DNA of 64,000 nt from a virus (Duplodnaviria; Caudoviricetes), in the IMG/VR virus record IMGVR_UViG_3300028591_000087, positions 64,001 through 128,000 of that record. The stretch is one strand, 5' to 3'. Of the stretch, positions 51,841 through 61,873 are shown in pieces. A model generated the notes under the pieces. It worked only from the letters and a program-made list of their open reading frames with translations. It was not told where the DNA came from and ran no database searches. The first letter of the stretch is position 1. Every line of letters starts with the position of its first letter. A program made the translations under genes and the position numbers.

Positions 51841-54800
51841 TTGGCGGAAATTAGACTACCCTTGTCTGGGACAAGTACGCATAAAAGTGTAAATCCTTCT
51901 TCTTTAACGTTAAAAACAGATGCTAGTACTTCCGTTGTTTATGACGGAAGTACTGGTAAAACTGTTAATCTATATAGTTTGTCTGTGGCTTCAGCTGACA
52001 AATGGACTAGCACTTGTAATTTAACAATTGGTAATAAAACAATTGCAGTAGATGGCTCTACGGCACAGACTTGGTCTTTGGCTGCTATTGGTGCTTTACC
52101 GGCGGCTGGAGGAAAAGCTACAGGACGTATTTATAGAGAAGGTGCTTCTACCAACTGGAATAAAGGTAGATCAAATGCTTTAGTCGCAACCTCAACAATT
52201 AGTGGTTACTCTCCTTTTGCGTCTATTAAAACTAAAAATGGTTCTTGGGATATCGGTGCTTATGATAATGCTAATTATCAAGATGATTTAATTTTTTCAT
52301 ATGTAACTGATACATTATTTAATGGTTCTAGTTCTAATACAACTGCGCAAATTAGATTCCTTGAAAATGGTCATATTGTTGCTGATTTAGATGGTAATGC
52401 ATCAACAGCTTCAAGCGCAGCCAAGTGGGCAGCCACAAAATCTTTCACTATTGGTAATACTACAAGATCAGTAGATGGTTCTTCAGATGTTTCTTGGACG
52501 GTTGCTGAAATTGGTGCGGCCGCTTCAAGTCATACTCATGGAAACATTACTAATAGTGGCGCTAAATCTGGTACAACTGTTAAATCAACAGATGTTGTAA
52601 CTACTTCACATAAATTTTTACGTGAAGATGGCACATGGCAAGTTCCTATTTATTTAACTATTGGTAGTACCGCAAGTCAAGCTATGGCTGGTAATACTAA
52701 TGTTAATAATGTTGCTATTAGCGCAAATGTAACTACTAATGCTAATTATCCTGTTGTGTTTGCAGTAACTAATACCAGCACAACTTCTGCGAAGAATGAA
52801 GGATTGCAGAAAGCTAGTACGTTATACTTTAATCCTTCTACTGGTACTCTTACTGCTACTAAGTTCTCTGGTAATGTAACAGGTTCATCTGGATCTTGTA
52901 CTGGTAATGCAGCCACAGCGACTAAATTTGCTTCTAGTTAGTCTGTCGCTTTAACAGGTGTTGTAACTGGTTCTGCAAGTTCTCAAGCAGGTTGGTCTAT
53001 TACCACTACTATTGGATCTGGTAAAGTTACTAACGCTATGTTAGAAGGTTCTATTGCTAATGGCAAGTTGGCTAATTCAAGTATGACATTTGGTAGTCAA
53101 CAAATTAGTCTTGGTGGAGAACTTAGTTTACCTACATTACTTACTGACTTAGGTATTACGAGAGTTTTCCAATATTTAGGTTCGACAAAAAATGTACCAT
53201 CTGGATCGACAGTAAATAATATCAATTGTGTATCAGGTGATATGGTTCTTGTTACTGGTAATGCTACTGCTTCTAATGATGGTATTTATGTATATAATGG
53301 CTCCACTTGGGATAAGATTGACTCTTCCAATGGTGCCTATAAAGTTTTACAGACTGGTACAAGCGGAACAGGTTCCACGCTTAAAACTATCACTTCTTGG
53401 AGCCAAAATGAAAATGGTGAAATTACTATTACATATAGTGATATTCAAAGTGGTACAACCAGTCAAAAAGGTTTAGTTCAATTAGCTAGTTCTCATAGTG
53501 CATCTGATTCGACAATGGCTGCGACAGGTGCTACAGTTGCATCAGCTATATCTGCTGCCATTGGCGCATTAGATGGTTCTATTACTGGTTCTGCTGGTTC
53601 TGGTAAGACTTTAACTGCGTTTAGTGAAACAAATGGCGTTGTCAGTGCTACATTTGGTAATATTAGTATTACTAAATCGCAGATTTCTGACTTCCCATCT
53701 ACAATGACTCCTGCAAGTCATACTCATGGCAATATTTCAAATGCTGGTGCAATTACCGCAAATGCTGTTACTATTGCTAATAATGATTTTATAATTGTTG
53801 GAGATGCAAGCGATAGTAGTAAACTTACAAAAGGTCCTGTATTTGATGGTTCAACTGCTACTCAGTGTTTAACTAAAAAAGGTACTTGGGCTAATTTCAA
53901 TAATTATTCATTACCAACTACTACATATAATACACTGGGTGGCGTAAAACCTTGGTACAGTCATACATCTGCTAGCACTGGTCCTACTGCAGGATCTAAT
54001 GCTACTGCAGTCGCTGTTAATACTATTAGTTCTACTGCTGGTAGATATTATGCTGTTGAATCTGATAGCAATGGTAGATTATTTGTAAACGTTCCTTGGT
54101 CCGGCGGTGATACATCTGGATTGTTGCCTAAATCTGGTGGAACAATGACTGGTACATTAACTCTTCGTGGAGTTAAAGGTACCTCCACAATTGACTATGG
54201 TGATGTTCTTCCTGCTGATGGCGCAGAAGGTAGAATTTTCTTCCAGGTCAGTGATGGTGGATCTGATATGCCTCCAGGTGGTACAACAGGTCAAGCGCTC
54301 GTTAAAGCAAGTAATGCTGATGGCGATGTAACTTGGGGCGCTGCGGGTGGTATTTTAAGACCTACTACTACAACTAAATACTATGTTGGTGGATCTGCAT
54401 CTAAAACTGAAAATACAAATCCAATCTTGTTCGATACAGCGATCTATGTTGAAAATAGTGTTCTTCAAGGCGCAGCTTGGAACGACTATGCTGAATATCG
54501 TGCAACTAAAGAAGTAATTGAAGCCGGACGTTGTGTGGTTGAAGTCGGCGATGATACGCTCGAATTATCGACTTCCCGCAGACAACCAGGAGCTGAAATT
54601 GTTTCCGATACATTTGGTTTTGCTATTGGTCAAACTGAAAAATGTAACACTCCTATTGCAGTTACTGGACGTGTTCTTGCGTTCCCTTATGAAGATTTAA
54701 GTCGATTTACTCCTGGTCGACCTGTATGTTCTGGTCCGCAAGGTACAGTAAGTGTAATGAGTGATGAAGAAGCTCGAAACTATCCTTGGTGTATAATTGG

Positions 54801-54885
54801 TACTGTTTCTGGTATTCCGCAAGAAGAATATTGGGGTGCTAATAAAGTATCAACCAAAGGAAGAGTTTGGATTAGAGTGAAGTAA
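51841..54885 (+). CDS. Tail fibre with C-terminal intramolecular-chaperone (peptidase G2-like) domain (1,014 aa)
   Basis: Single TAG at 52939 joins two ORFs; SHTHGNI repeats, LPKSGGTMTG, C-terminal WNDYAEY...VSDTFGF...GRVWIRVK. Confidence 0.75.
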
Positions 54886-54886
54886 T

Positions 54887-55432
54887 ATGCCTAGTTATCA
54901 GTCAAGTCATACAGGAGCTTAGCATGATGATTATGTGACAAAGACTGAACTAGTTAATTTGATTTATCCAATTGGCGCTATTTATATAAGTACAAATAGC
55001 GCCGATCCTTCTTTATTATTTGGTGGCTCTTGGACACAAATTGAGGATACATTTTTACTTGGTGCTGGAAGCACATATACGGCTGGTGGGACTGGTGGAA
55101 GTGCGGATCATACACATACGACTAATGCTGGTACTACTGGTGCGCATACTTTAACAGAATCAGAATTGCCTAAAATTAGTGGTAGTTTAAGATGGCATGG
55201 CCAAGAACATGGTACACATATTTATCATATTGATGGACATTGTACTGGTAATCTTATTAATGGTATGTATCAAACTACAGGACAAACTTCAGGTGCATAT
55301 TCATATGGTGACACCGGATTTGCATTTGGTGGCGATGGTTCTCACACACATCCACAAACATCCGTTGGTACATCTTCATCATCAAATCTCCCGCCATATT
55401 TAGTAGTTTATATTTGGAAGAGGGTGGCATAA
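54887..55432 (+). CDS. MPSY-tag protein with gp10-like/short-fibre C-terminal domain (181 aa)
   Basis: MPSYQSSHTGAQ(TAG)HDD; YPIGAIYIST...GGSWTQI...NLPPYLVVYIWKRVA. Confidence 0.8.
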
Positions 55433-55900
55433 TTGCCTTCATATAATTCACAACATACTGGTTTACAAATTGATAATGGTATTATCGCCGCCAATGCGGC
55501 CTTGTCTAAATCTGAGGCTTCAACTACTTATTTAACATAGGCTAAGGCGGCTTCTACTTATTTAACATAGGCAAATGCTTCTACTACCTATTTAACACAA
55601 ACAAACGCTGCCAGTACATATTTTCCTAAATCAAACGTATTTATCATAACAGATAAAACTGTTGCTATTGCGGACTGGGCATCTGATGCCACCTATACTG
55701 CTTATCCATATAAAGCTATTGTTTCAGATTCTCGTGTCACAGCGAGTACATATTGTGAAGTTGTATTTAATTTGACAGATGCAACTTCTGGTTATTTTGC
55801 CCCAATTTGTAATAGTGTTGCGGGCGGAATTGAGATATGGGCTAGTTCCATCCCTTTGACCGCAATCACTATTCCAACTATTAAGTGTACGATAGGATAA
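55433..55900 (+). CDS. MPSY-tag protein with 10-aa repeats and a beta-rich C-terminal domain (155 aa); absent from the ORF track
   Basis: TTG start; MPSYNSQHTGLQIDNG; TAGs at 55538 and 55568; YPYKA...FAPICNS...IEIWA...AITIPTI; ends at TAA 55898-55900. Confidence 0.8.
55517..55620 (+). repeat. 30-nt tandem repeats (xSTYLTQ units)
   Basis: TATTTAACA-TAG, TATTTAACA-TAG and TATTTAACA-CAA at a 30-nt period. Confidence 0.9.
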
Positions 55901-55913
55901 GGAGTGAATATCA

Positions 55914-56138
55914 ATGGCATCAGGCGGTGTAGCCGTTTGGCATACAACAGATTTTGATTATTATAAGGTTAAACTATATAAAAATGGTTCCTGGAAGGGA
56001 GCTACTCCTTGGGTATACACTGACGGAGAGTGGAGAAAAGTCGGTGGCGCAAATTGCCTGATGATTGAGTGGTATGACAAGAATGGCAATTTGATGGTTG
56101 ATTCTCAAGGAAGAACAATTTTGGTACGTGATAGATAA
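55914..56138 (+). CDS. Small Trp/Tyr-rich virion protein (74 aa)
   Basis: AAGGAG RBS; two YxxGxW units. Confidence 0.65.
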   Translation: MASGGVAVWHTTDFDYYKVKLYKNGSWKGATPWVYTDGEWRKVGGANCLMIEWYDKNGNLMVDSQGRTILVRDR

Positions 56139-56713
56139 TGCCAAGTTATAATTCTACCCATACTGGTATATAGATTGATAATGCCGTTGACACTTACTAG
56201 ACTCAATCTTAGGTTTAGGCTTTAATTAATAGCGCAATTGAAACAGCTGTCGCGCAAACCAAATTAGCTATGTATCCTATTGGGTCTATATATATGTCAT
56301 TGCAGAATACAAATCCTAGCGCATTCATTGGTGGTACTTGGCAATAGATTAAAGATACATTTATACTCGCAGCGGGAGATACTTATACTGCTGGTGATAT
56401 TAGCGGCAAAGCCACACATACACATACAACGATAGAAACTACTACAGGAAGCCATATATTAACAGTTAATGAAATGCCATCTCATAGACATGCTACTTCT
56501 AACTATAATGGTGGCGGTAATAGCGCTGGACATGCAACTACAAATGCATATCCACATGGTGATAGAAATTATTGGAACTATAATAATCCTGGTTATTCTA
56601 GTTATACAGGTGGAGGATAGGGGCATACACATACACAAGTATCTACAACTACTTCAAGCGAATCAAATATGCCTCCTTATCTTGTAGCATATGTTTGGAA
56701 AAGAATAGCATAA
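56138..56713 (+). CDS. MPSY-tag protein with gp10-like domain, paralogue of 54887 (191 aa); absent from the ORF track
   Basis: ATG overlaps the previous TAA; MPSYNSTHTGIQ(TAG)IDNA...YPIGSIYMS...GGTWQQIKDTF...NMPPYLVAYVWKRIA; six TAGs. Confidence 0.85.
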
Positions 56714-56726
56714 AGTTGGTGATGAT

Positions 56727-57059
56727 ATGGTCGGCACCACAAATACAAACACTAAAATTGATTTATCACCTTATGCTTTATCATCTTCAGTTCCTATTAT
56801 AAAACGTGGGTACGTTTAGTTTGGTCAGTCTGGTAGCACAAATATAGGTAGTACAACTTATTATGGTAGTGCAACAGTTTATTATGGATATACATTTCCA
56901 AGCGCACCGACAGTCATTTTAACAGGGAATGATTTATCAAGTGGTGTATTTGGTGCAGAAATTGATGGCGCAGTAACTAATACATATTTCCAATGTACAG
57001 GATATGGCGCAAGTAGTGGTACATATGGTGTATATTGGGTAGCGGTTTGGACGGGATAA
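56727..57059 (+). CDS. MVGTTN-tag protein with H-type lectin/gp53-like domain (110 aa)
   Basis: GGTGA RBS; IKRGYVQ...YGYTFPSAPTVILT...YWVAVW; one TAG; ends in TAA. Confidence 0.7.
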
Positions 57060-57061
57060 GT

Positions 57062-57451
57062 ATGATTGGTACGACTAATATTGAAGCTCGTTTAGCTTAT
57101 GGATGGAAACGTTGGGGTTCAATTAGTTTATCTGGCGGTAATTCTTCTACTCAAAGTATTACAATTACAACTCATGGTCATCCTGTATATTTGAGTTTAA
57201 TGGGTAATAATAATCCTGATAATAATGCTTGGTGTAGAGGTTATATCTATAGAGGATCTACTGAGTTATGTTATGTAACTTGTCACGATCCAGGAGCATC
57301 TACAAATCGTCCATTTTGTTGTTAGTATTTAGATATTATAGAAGCTGGAACTTATACATATAATTTTAAAATATAGACACATTCTGGGACTATTAGTTAT
57401 TCTGAGAACGGTGCAAATGAAAGTCCTTCTTGTGTTTGTTTTGAGATTTGA
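57062..57451 (+). CDS. MIGTTN-tag protein with Cys-containing beta-sandwich domain (129 aa)
   Basis: Reads through two TAGs to TGA 57449-57451; ITITTHGHPVYL...AGTYTYNFK. Confidence 0.7.
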
Positions 57452-57460
57452 GGGATGCAT

Positions 57461-58018
57461 ATGGTTGGAATAACGTCAGCAGTAGAAACATATCGTAATT
57501 TTAATATAGGTACTGAACCAATCTATATGCATAAAGATAATAATACTTATGTCCAAGTATATTACCATGATACTGGAGCTGGTTATTGGACAAAAAGTCT
57601 TTCAAGTATATTATATTCTACTGATTCGCGCAAATATTCATTATTTAGTAAATTAGATTAGTTAACTTATCAACCAAGCATATATCAATTTATTTTAGAG
57701 TATCCTGGATATAGTAGCACATCATATAATGAATGGTCTCAAACATCAAATCCTACAATGTATGACAATGCTGTTACTGGTTATACTCCAATTCATATTG
57801 ATTGGAATGGGTCAAGTTCTTCTGTTTATTTTAATGGTTTAAGTTTTATGCCAAGTCATTCATCTTGTTATTGTAAAAGTTATTGTGGCACATCAAGTAA
57901 CTGGTGGTTTGCTTTATTTTCTTATAGTTCTTATGAAGGCGGAGTACCTGGCCCAGAATGGGGCTCAAGCTCATATAAAATAGTTACTAAAATACGTTTA
58001 TGGTTGCGGGTGAAGTAA
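57461..58018 (+). CDS. MVGITS-tag protein with fibrinogen-C-like domain (185 aa)
   Basis: Two track ORFs joined at TAG 57659; KYSLFSKL...YQFILEYP...NEWSQTSNP...GYTPIHIDW...FNGL...WWFA...LWLR. Confidence 0.7.
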
Positions 58019-58019
58019 T

Positions 58020-58727
58020 ATGATAGGAACAACAAGTAGTATTAATCATATTATTTAGCAAGATGTAAATAATTATGATCATTTGGTTATATGGCTGGAT
58101 GGCACCGATTTTATGAATCATGGAAATGATTAGAGTTATACAATTTCTAATGGTAATAATTTTAATCAATTGGTTATGTAGACTATTAAAAATAAATCTG
58201 TTTCTACATATTATAAAAGAAGTGCTGCTGCTCGTGCAAATAGTATAATAATTACTCCAACCGCATTACATAATTATAGTTCAATTACAATGATGGCTTG
58301 GTGCGCTCGTTGCGATAATACTGACCATAATAATTTATTTACTTGTGGAGATGCAAGTAGTGGTTTTTTTGAAGCACGTTTTAGATTGACTGGAACTAAT
58401 GCAGTTGGTTATTTATGGGCATCTGGTTCATCTTATGACTATCATAGTGTAGCTGTAGGACAACAAATAAATGAATGGGGTCATATGGCTTTTATTAGAA
58501 ATGGATCATCAATAAAATGTTATTATAATGGAATTGTTGTTGACCAAGTAACTGCTTCAACAACTAGAAATTCTATTTCGATTTTTCATTTATTAGGTGA
58601 TACCTGTTGGACATCTGACACTGGTGGAGCAAGTTATTGTACAGATTATAGATATTATGATATAGCATTAAGCGATGCGGATATTTTAGAAATATACAAT
58701 GCTGGTCCGCAATAGCATAGAAGTTAA
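58020..58727 (+). CDS. MIGTTS-tag protein with LamG/ConA-like domain (235 aa)
   Basis: LVIWLDG...ITMMAW...NEWGHMAFIRNGSSIKCYYNG...DYRYYDIALSDADI; four TAGs; ends at TAA 58725-58727. Confidence 0.8.
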
Positions 58728-58741
58728 ATTGTGGTGATATA

Positions 58742-59119
58742 ATGATTGGGACTACATCAATTACACCAAATATGTATCCTTTTTTCCAATTTTCTACTGA
58801 TGAATAGAAAACACCATTTAAATGGATTGATGGGAAAGATTTATATTGTAAAATATTAAAAATGACTACTGGATATTCAGAAGGAACTGCTTATACTGTT
58901 GCTACAAATGTAGATTAGCCTGTTTTAATTTAGTTTATTGTTAGTACCACTTCTGAAAGTCCATATGTATGGACAATTGGTAATTATTATTGCTCTGGAG
59001 GAGATAGAAATTATTCTTACTGTCGTTTAAATAATGGAACATTAACATTTATGCATCGTAGCGGTAGTAGCTATGCTTATGGCAGGACATGGGTAATCTG
59101 TTTTTATACTAAAAAATAA
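58742..59119 (+). CDS. MIGTTS-tag protein with fibre-tip 'WIDGK...YTK' domain (125 aa); absent from the ORF track
   Basis: GGTGA RBS; FSTDEQ(TAG)KTPFKWIDGKDLYCK...FYTKK; three TAGs; ends in TAA. Confidence 0.75.
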
Positions 59120-59131
59120 GTAGGTGATAAA

Positions 59132-60532
59132 ATGAAAGTCACCGTTAAATTAAGTCTACAATCAAATATAGATCATTATGGTACATCAATTGTAGAACTT
59201 GATATAGAAGAATATGTTAAAGGCGTAGTGCCTGCGGAAATAGGTAATGCGCGTATAGAAGCCTGTAAAGCTCAGGCAGTGGCTTCCCGCACTTTTGCTT
59301 TTATAAAAGCTAGCAAGGGAAAGCAATTGACCGATCAAAGTAGTAAAGACCAAGCCTTTAAAGCAGTTCGTATTTCCTCTTCATATCCTAATGCAATGCA
59401 AGCTGTGGAAGAAACAGCGGGGCAAGTCTTATATTACAACGGTCAATTAATAACAACAAGTTCATATTCAAACGCGAATGGTGGACGCGTTAAATCCGCC
59501 AAAGAAGTCTGGGGTAGTGATCGTCCTTGGTTGATCTCTAAACCAGACCCATATAATGGAACTAAAACCGGTGGGCATGGCGTTGGTATGTCACAGACTG
59601 GCGCAAAAAACATGGCTGCGCAAGGTTTTTCATATAAAGATATTCTCGCTTTCTATTATGTAGGAACTGAGATACGCAATAACTATGGAGAGGAGAGAGT
59701 TATGACAAAAGCAGAAAAAGTTGCTAGTTGGGCTCGTTCAAAAGTAGGTTGCGGTTATGTTTATGGTGCTACTGGTCAAAAGGCTACTGAATCAAGCGTT
59801 CAAGCATTAATCAAATCATATGGTACATCAAATATAGATTATTCAATTGTGAAGAAATGGATTGACAAGGGTGTACAAGTATATGACTGTGCGGGGCTCG
59901 TCTCAGAAGCTATAAGTGCCGGCGGTCTACCAGGTATGTCCACTGGCGCCACGTCTCAGTGGAATAAAACTACTTGGCTCAAACGTGGTACTATTGATAC
60001 TTTACCTAAGGATAAAGTGTGCTGCCTTTATCGTTAGGTTTAGGCTAATCCGGTAAAAATGCAACATACCGGCATATATCTTGGTGATGGAACATTTATC
60101 GATTCAAGAGATAGCACCAGAGGCGTCATTGGTCCTAACAAGTTATCTTCGTATAAATGGACTCACTGGGGCATTCCGAAGGGGTTATATTCGGAAAGTG
60201 ATATTGATATTCCTGAGGTGATTAAAGTGGCTTATCAAGCTAAGGTAACAGCTTCTTCTGGTTCTACTGTTAATATGCGCAAGACTCCTTCTTCTAATGG
60301 TGCATTGATCTCTAAGATTGGTATAGGACAAATTATTGATGTGACAAGTGTTAGCGGTGATTGGTCCGCGATCACTTGGAATGGCAAGTCTGGTTATATG
60401 ATGTCTAAGTTCTTGCAAAAGGTTGAGGGTTCGGAAAATAATAAGGTATGGTATGTCCGCCTCGAGTGCGACAGCGAAGAGCAAGCAAAGGCAATCGCGC
60501 AAATCCTCGCGAAAGCGAAAGCAACCACTTGA
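59132..60532 (+). CDS. Endolysin: SpoIID/LytB + NlpC/P60 + SH3b (466 aa)
   Basis: EEYVKGVVPAE, KAQAVASRT, GHGVGMSQ (SpoIID); GYVYGA, YDCAGLV, QHTGIY, WTHWG (NlpC/P60); VNMRKTPS, GYMMSKFL (SH3b); joined via TAGs at 60035 and 60041. Confidence 0.9.
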
Positions 60533-60809
60533 GTTTAGCAAGAAGTTAACAATTGCAGACATCCTTGTCTATGTATTGTTAACTCTTGGTGTACTTATAT
60601 TATTATTTCTAGAACCTGAAACTCTTGGTGCTTTTGCACAAACTATTTTTGCTTATTTAACCACTGCTTATGTATCATTGCGACTTGGTTATACAGCAAA
60701 AGCTGGTGTGGAAAATTATAAGAAAATTGCCACAAATTATAAATCAATCGCAGAACTCGCGGATAATGAAGACTGTGAGTCTGACGATGAAGAAGAAAGT
60801 CAAGGCTGA
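60453..60809 (+). CDS. Putative holin (two TM helices, acidic C-terminus)
   Basis: Hydrophobic segments ILVYVLLTLGVLILLFL and IFAYLTTAYVSLRLGY, then KAGVEN; overlaps the endolysin 3' end; start uncertain. Confidence 0.6.
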   Translation: MSASSATAKSKQRQSRKSSRKRKQPLEFSKKLTIADILVYVLLTLGVLILLFLEPETLGAFAQTIFAYLTTAYVSLRLGYTAKAGVENYKKIATNYKSIAELADNEDCESDDEEESQG

Positions 60810-60833
60810 CAGTTCGAGAAAGGGTGAGTTAAA

Positions 60834-61424
60834 ATGGTTAGTTGGGCATTGGTCTTAGAAACGGCTATTAAATGGCTCATTCCAGCGCTTTGTGTTGCTA
60901 TTGTTGGTTTAGTGGCTTCTCGTTTTGTAAAGCCATGGAAAACCGGAACAAAAGCAAATCAGCAACAGCAATGGGATGAATGCATGAAGAATTCTGAACT
61001 ACCTAAGACCTATTGCGACCAGACATATAATAAACTCAAAGCTGAATCTGATGCTAAGGATTCAGAGATTTTAAAGAGTATTAAAAATTTAAGCGATAAG
61101 ATAGAAGAGAATCATAAAGAGGCTTGTAAATATCACGAAAGAGTAGACGAGCAAATGGATGGATTGCGCTTAGGCGTTTTAGATGCACATCTACAAAACC
61201 TCATACAAACTTGCAAGCAATATATACGACGTGGTTATATTACATTAGATGAATATGATGTATATAAAGAACGTTATGAAACATATAAGAAACTTGGCGG
61301 AAATGGGCATATGGATCACTGGAATAAATTAATTGAGGAATTACCTCATAAAGATCCTAATGGGAATATTCAACAGGTACCTCCTGCTATAAAACCTGCT
61401 AATCCGCCAAAAACACATATATAA
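60834..61424 (+). CDS. Membrane-anchored lysis-cassette (holin-like) protein
   Basis: N-terminal TM helix, coiled-coil, C-terminal YIRRGYI...YKKLGGNG motif typical of Bacillota phage lysis cassettes. Confidence 0.6.
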   Translation: MVSWALVLETAIKWLIPALCVAIVGLVASRFVKPWKTGTKANQQQQWDECMKNSELPKTYCDQTYNKLKAESDAKDSEILKSIKNLSDKIEENHKEACKYHERVDEQMDGLRLGVLDAHLQNLIQTCKQYIRRGYITLDEYDVYKERYETYKKLGGNGHMDHWNKLIEELPHKDPNGNIQQVPPAIKPANPPKTHI

Positions 61425-61469
61425 AAAAAAATAAGGGCGACTCTTAATTGAGTCGCCCTTATTTTTTTT
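61423..61469. terminator. Bidirectional terminator between convergent operons
   Basis: A-run, AATAAGGGCGACTC-ttaatt-GAGTCGCCCTTATT, T-run. Confidence 0.9.
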
Positions 61470-61869
61470 ATCCTTGTGTAGGTTTACTAATGTTAACAGT
61501 TGCTTCGATCGCATTCTTAATGTAATCGTTCAAATCTCCAACTGCTTCGCTCAAATAGGTCTGAGCCTCGGAGCCGAGCTGTTTGAGAATTGCATTATAA
61601 GTCATTTCAAATGCTTTCTTTTGCGCTTCTGCATCAAATTTACCTTGCGCTTTTAAAGCTTCAACATAAGTCTGATTGGTTGCGACAACTGTCTGTTGGA
61701 TTGTGCGGTTAAGCATATCAATGTACTTTTTGTAAGTATCATTCTTTGCTTTTTCCTTGAACTCTTGTGCCTTGATATTCACAAAATGGCAAAAATACTT
61801 GACCAAGAGTGCGAGAAGAGGAATAAGAACCACACGGAATACTTCTTCAATAATTATTGTCCATTCCAT
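61468..61869 (-). CDS. LL-H-type holin-like protein
   Basis: One N-terminal TM helix followed by TNQTYVEALK...AQKKAF...IEATV. Confidence 0.6.
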   Translation of the reverse strand: MEWTIIIEEVFRVVLIPLLALLVKYFCHFVNIKAQEFKEKAKNDTYKKYIDMLNRTIQQTVVATNQTYVEALKAQGKFDAEAQKKAFEMTYNAILKQLGSEAQTYLSEAVGDLNDYIKNAIEATVNISKPTQG

Positions 61870-61873
61870 AATT

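Noticed and set aside
34356-55620. Tandem repeats at 34356-34635 and 55517-55620 as CRISPR-like arrays
   Set aside because: They are in-frame, degenerate at synonymous positions and lack unique spacers; they are protein repeats.
54887-59119. Diversity-generating retroelement or invertase shufflon acting on the cassette array
   Set aside because: No reverse transcriptase, recombinase, adenine-specific template/variable repeat pair or inverted cassettes seen; all cassettes are co-oriented with their own starts.
1997-60562. Numerous minus-strand and off-frame ORFs of 60-170 aa in the track (e.g. 5624-6007, 42004-42519, 46317-46769, 60185-60562)
   Set aside because: They lie within or opposite long plus-strand genes and show no recognisable motifs; treated as shadow ORFs.
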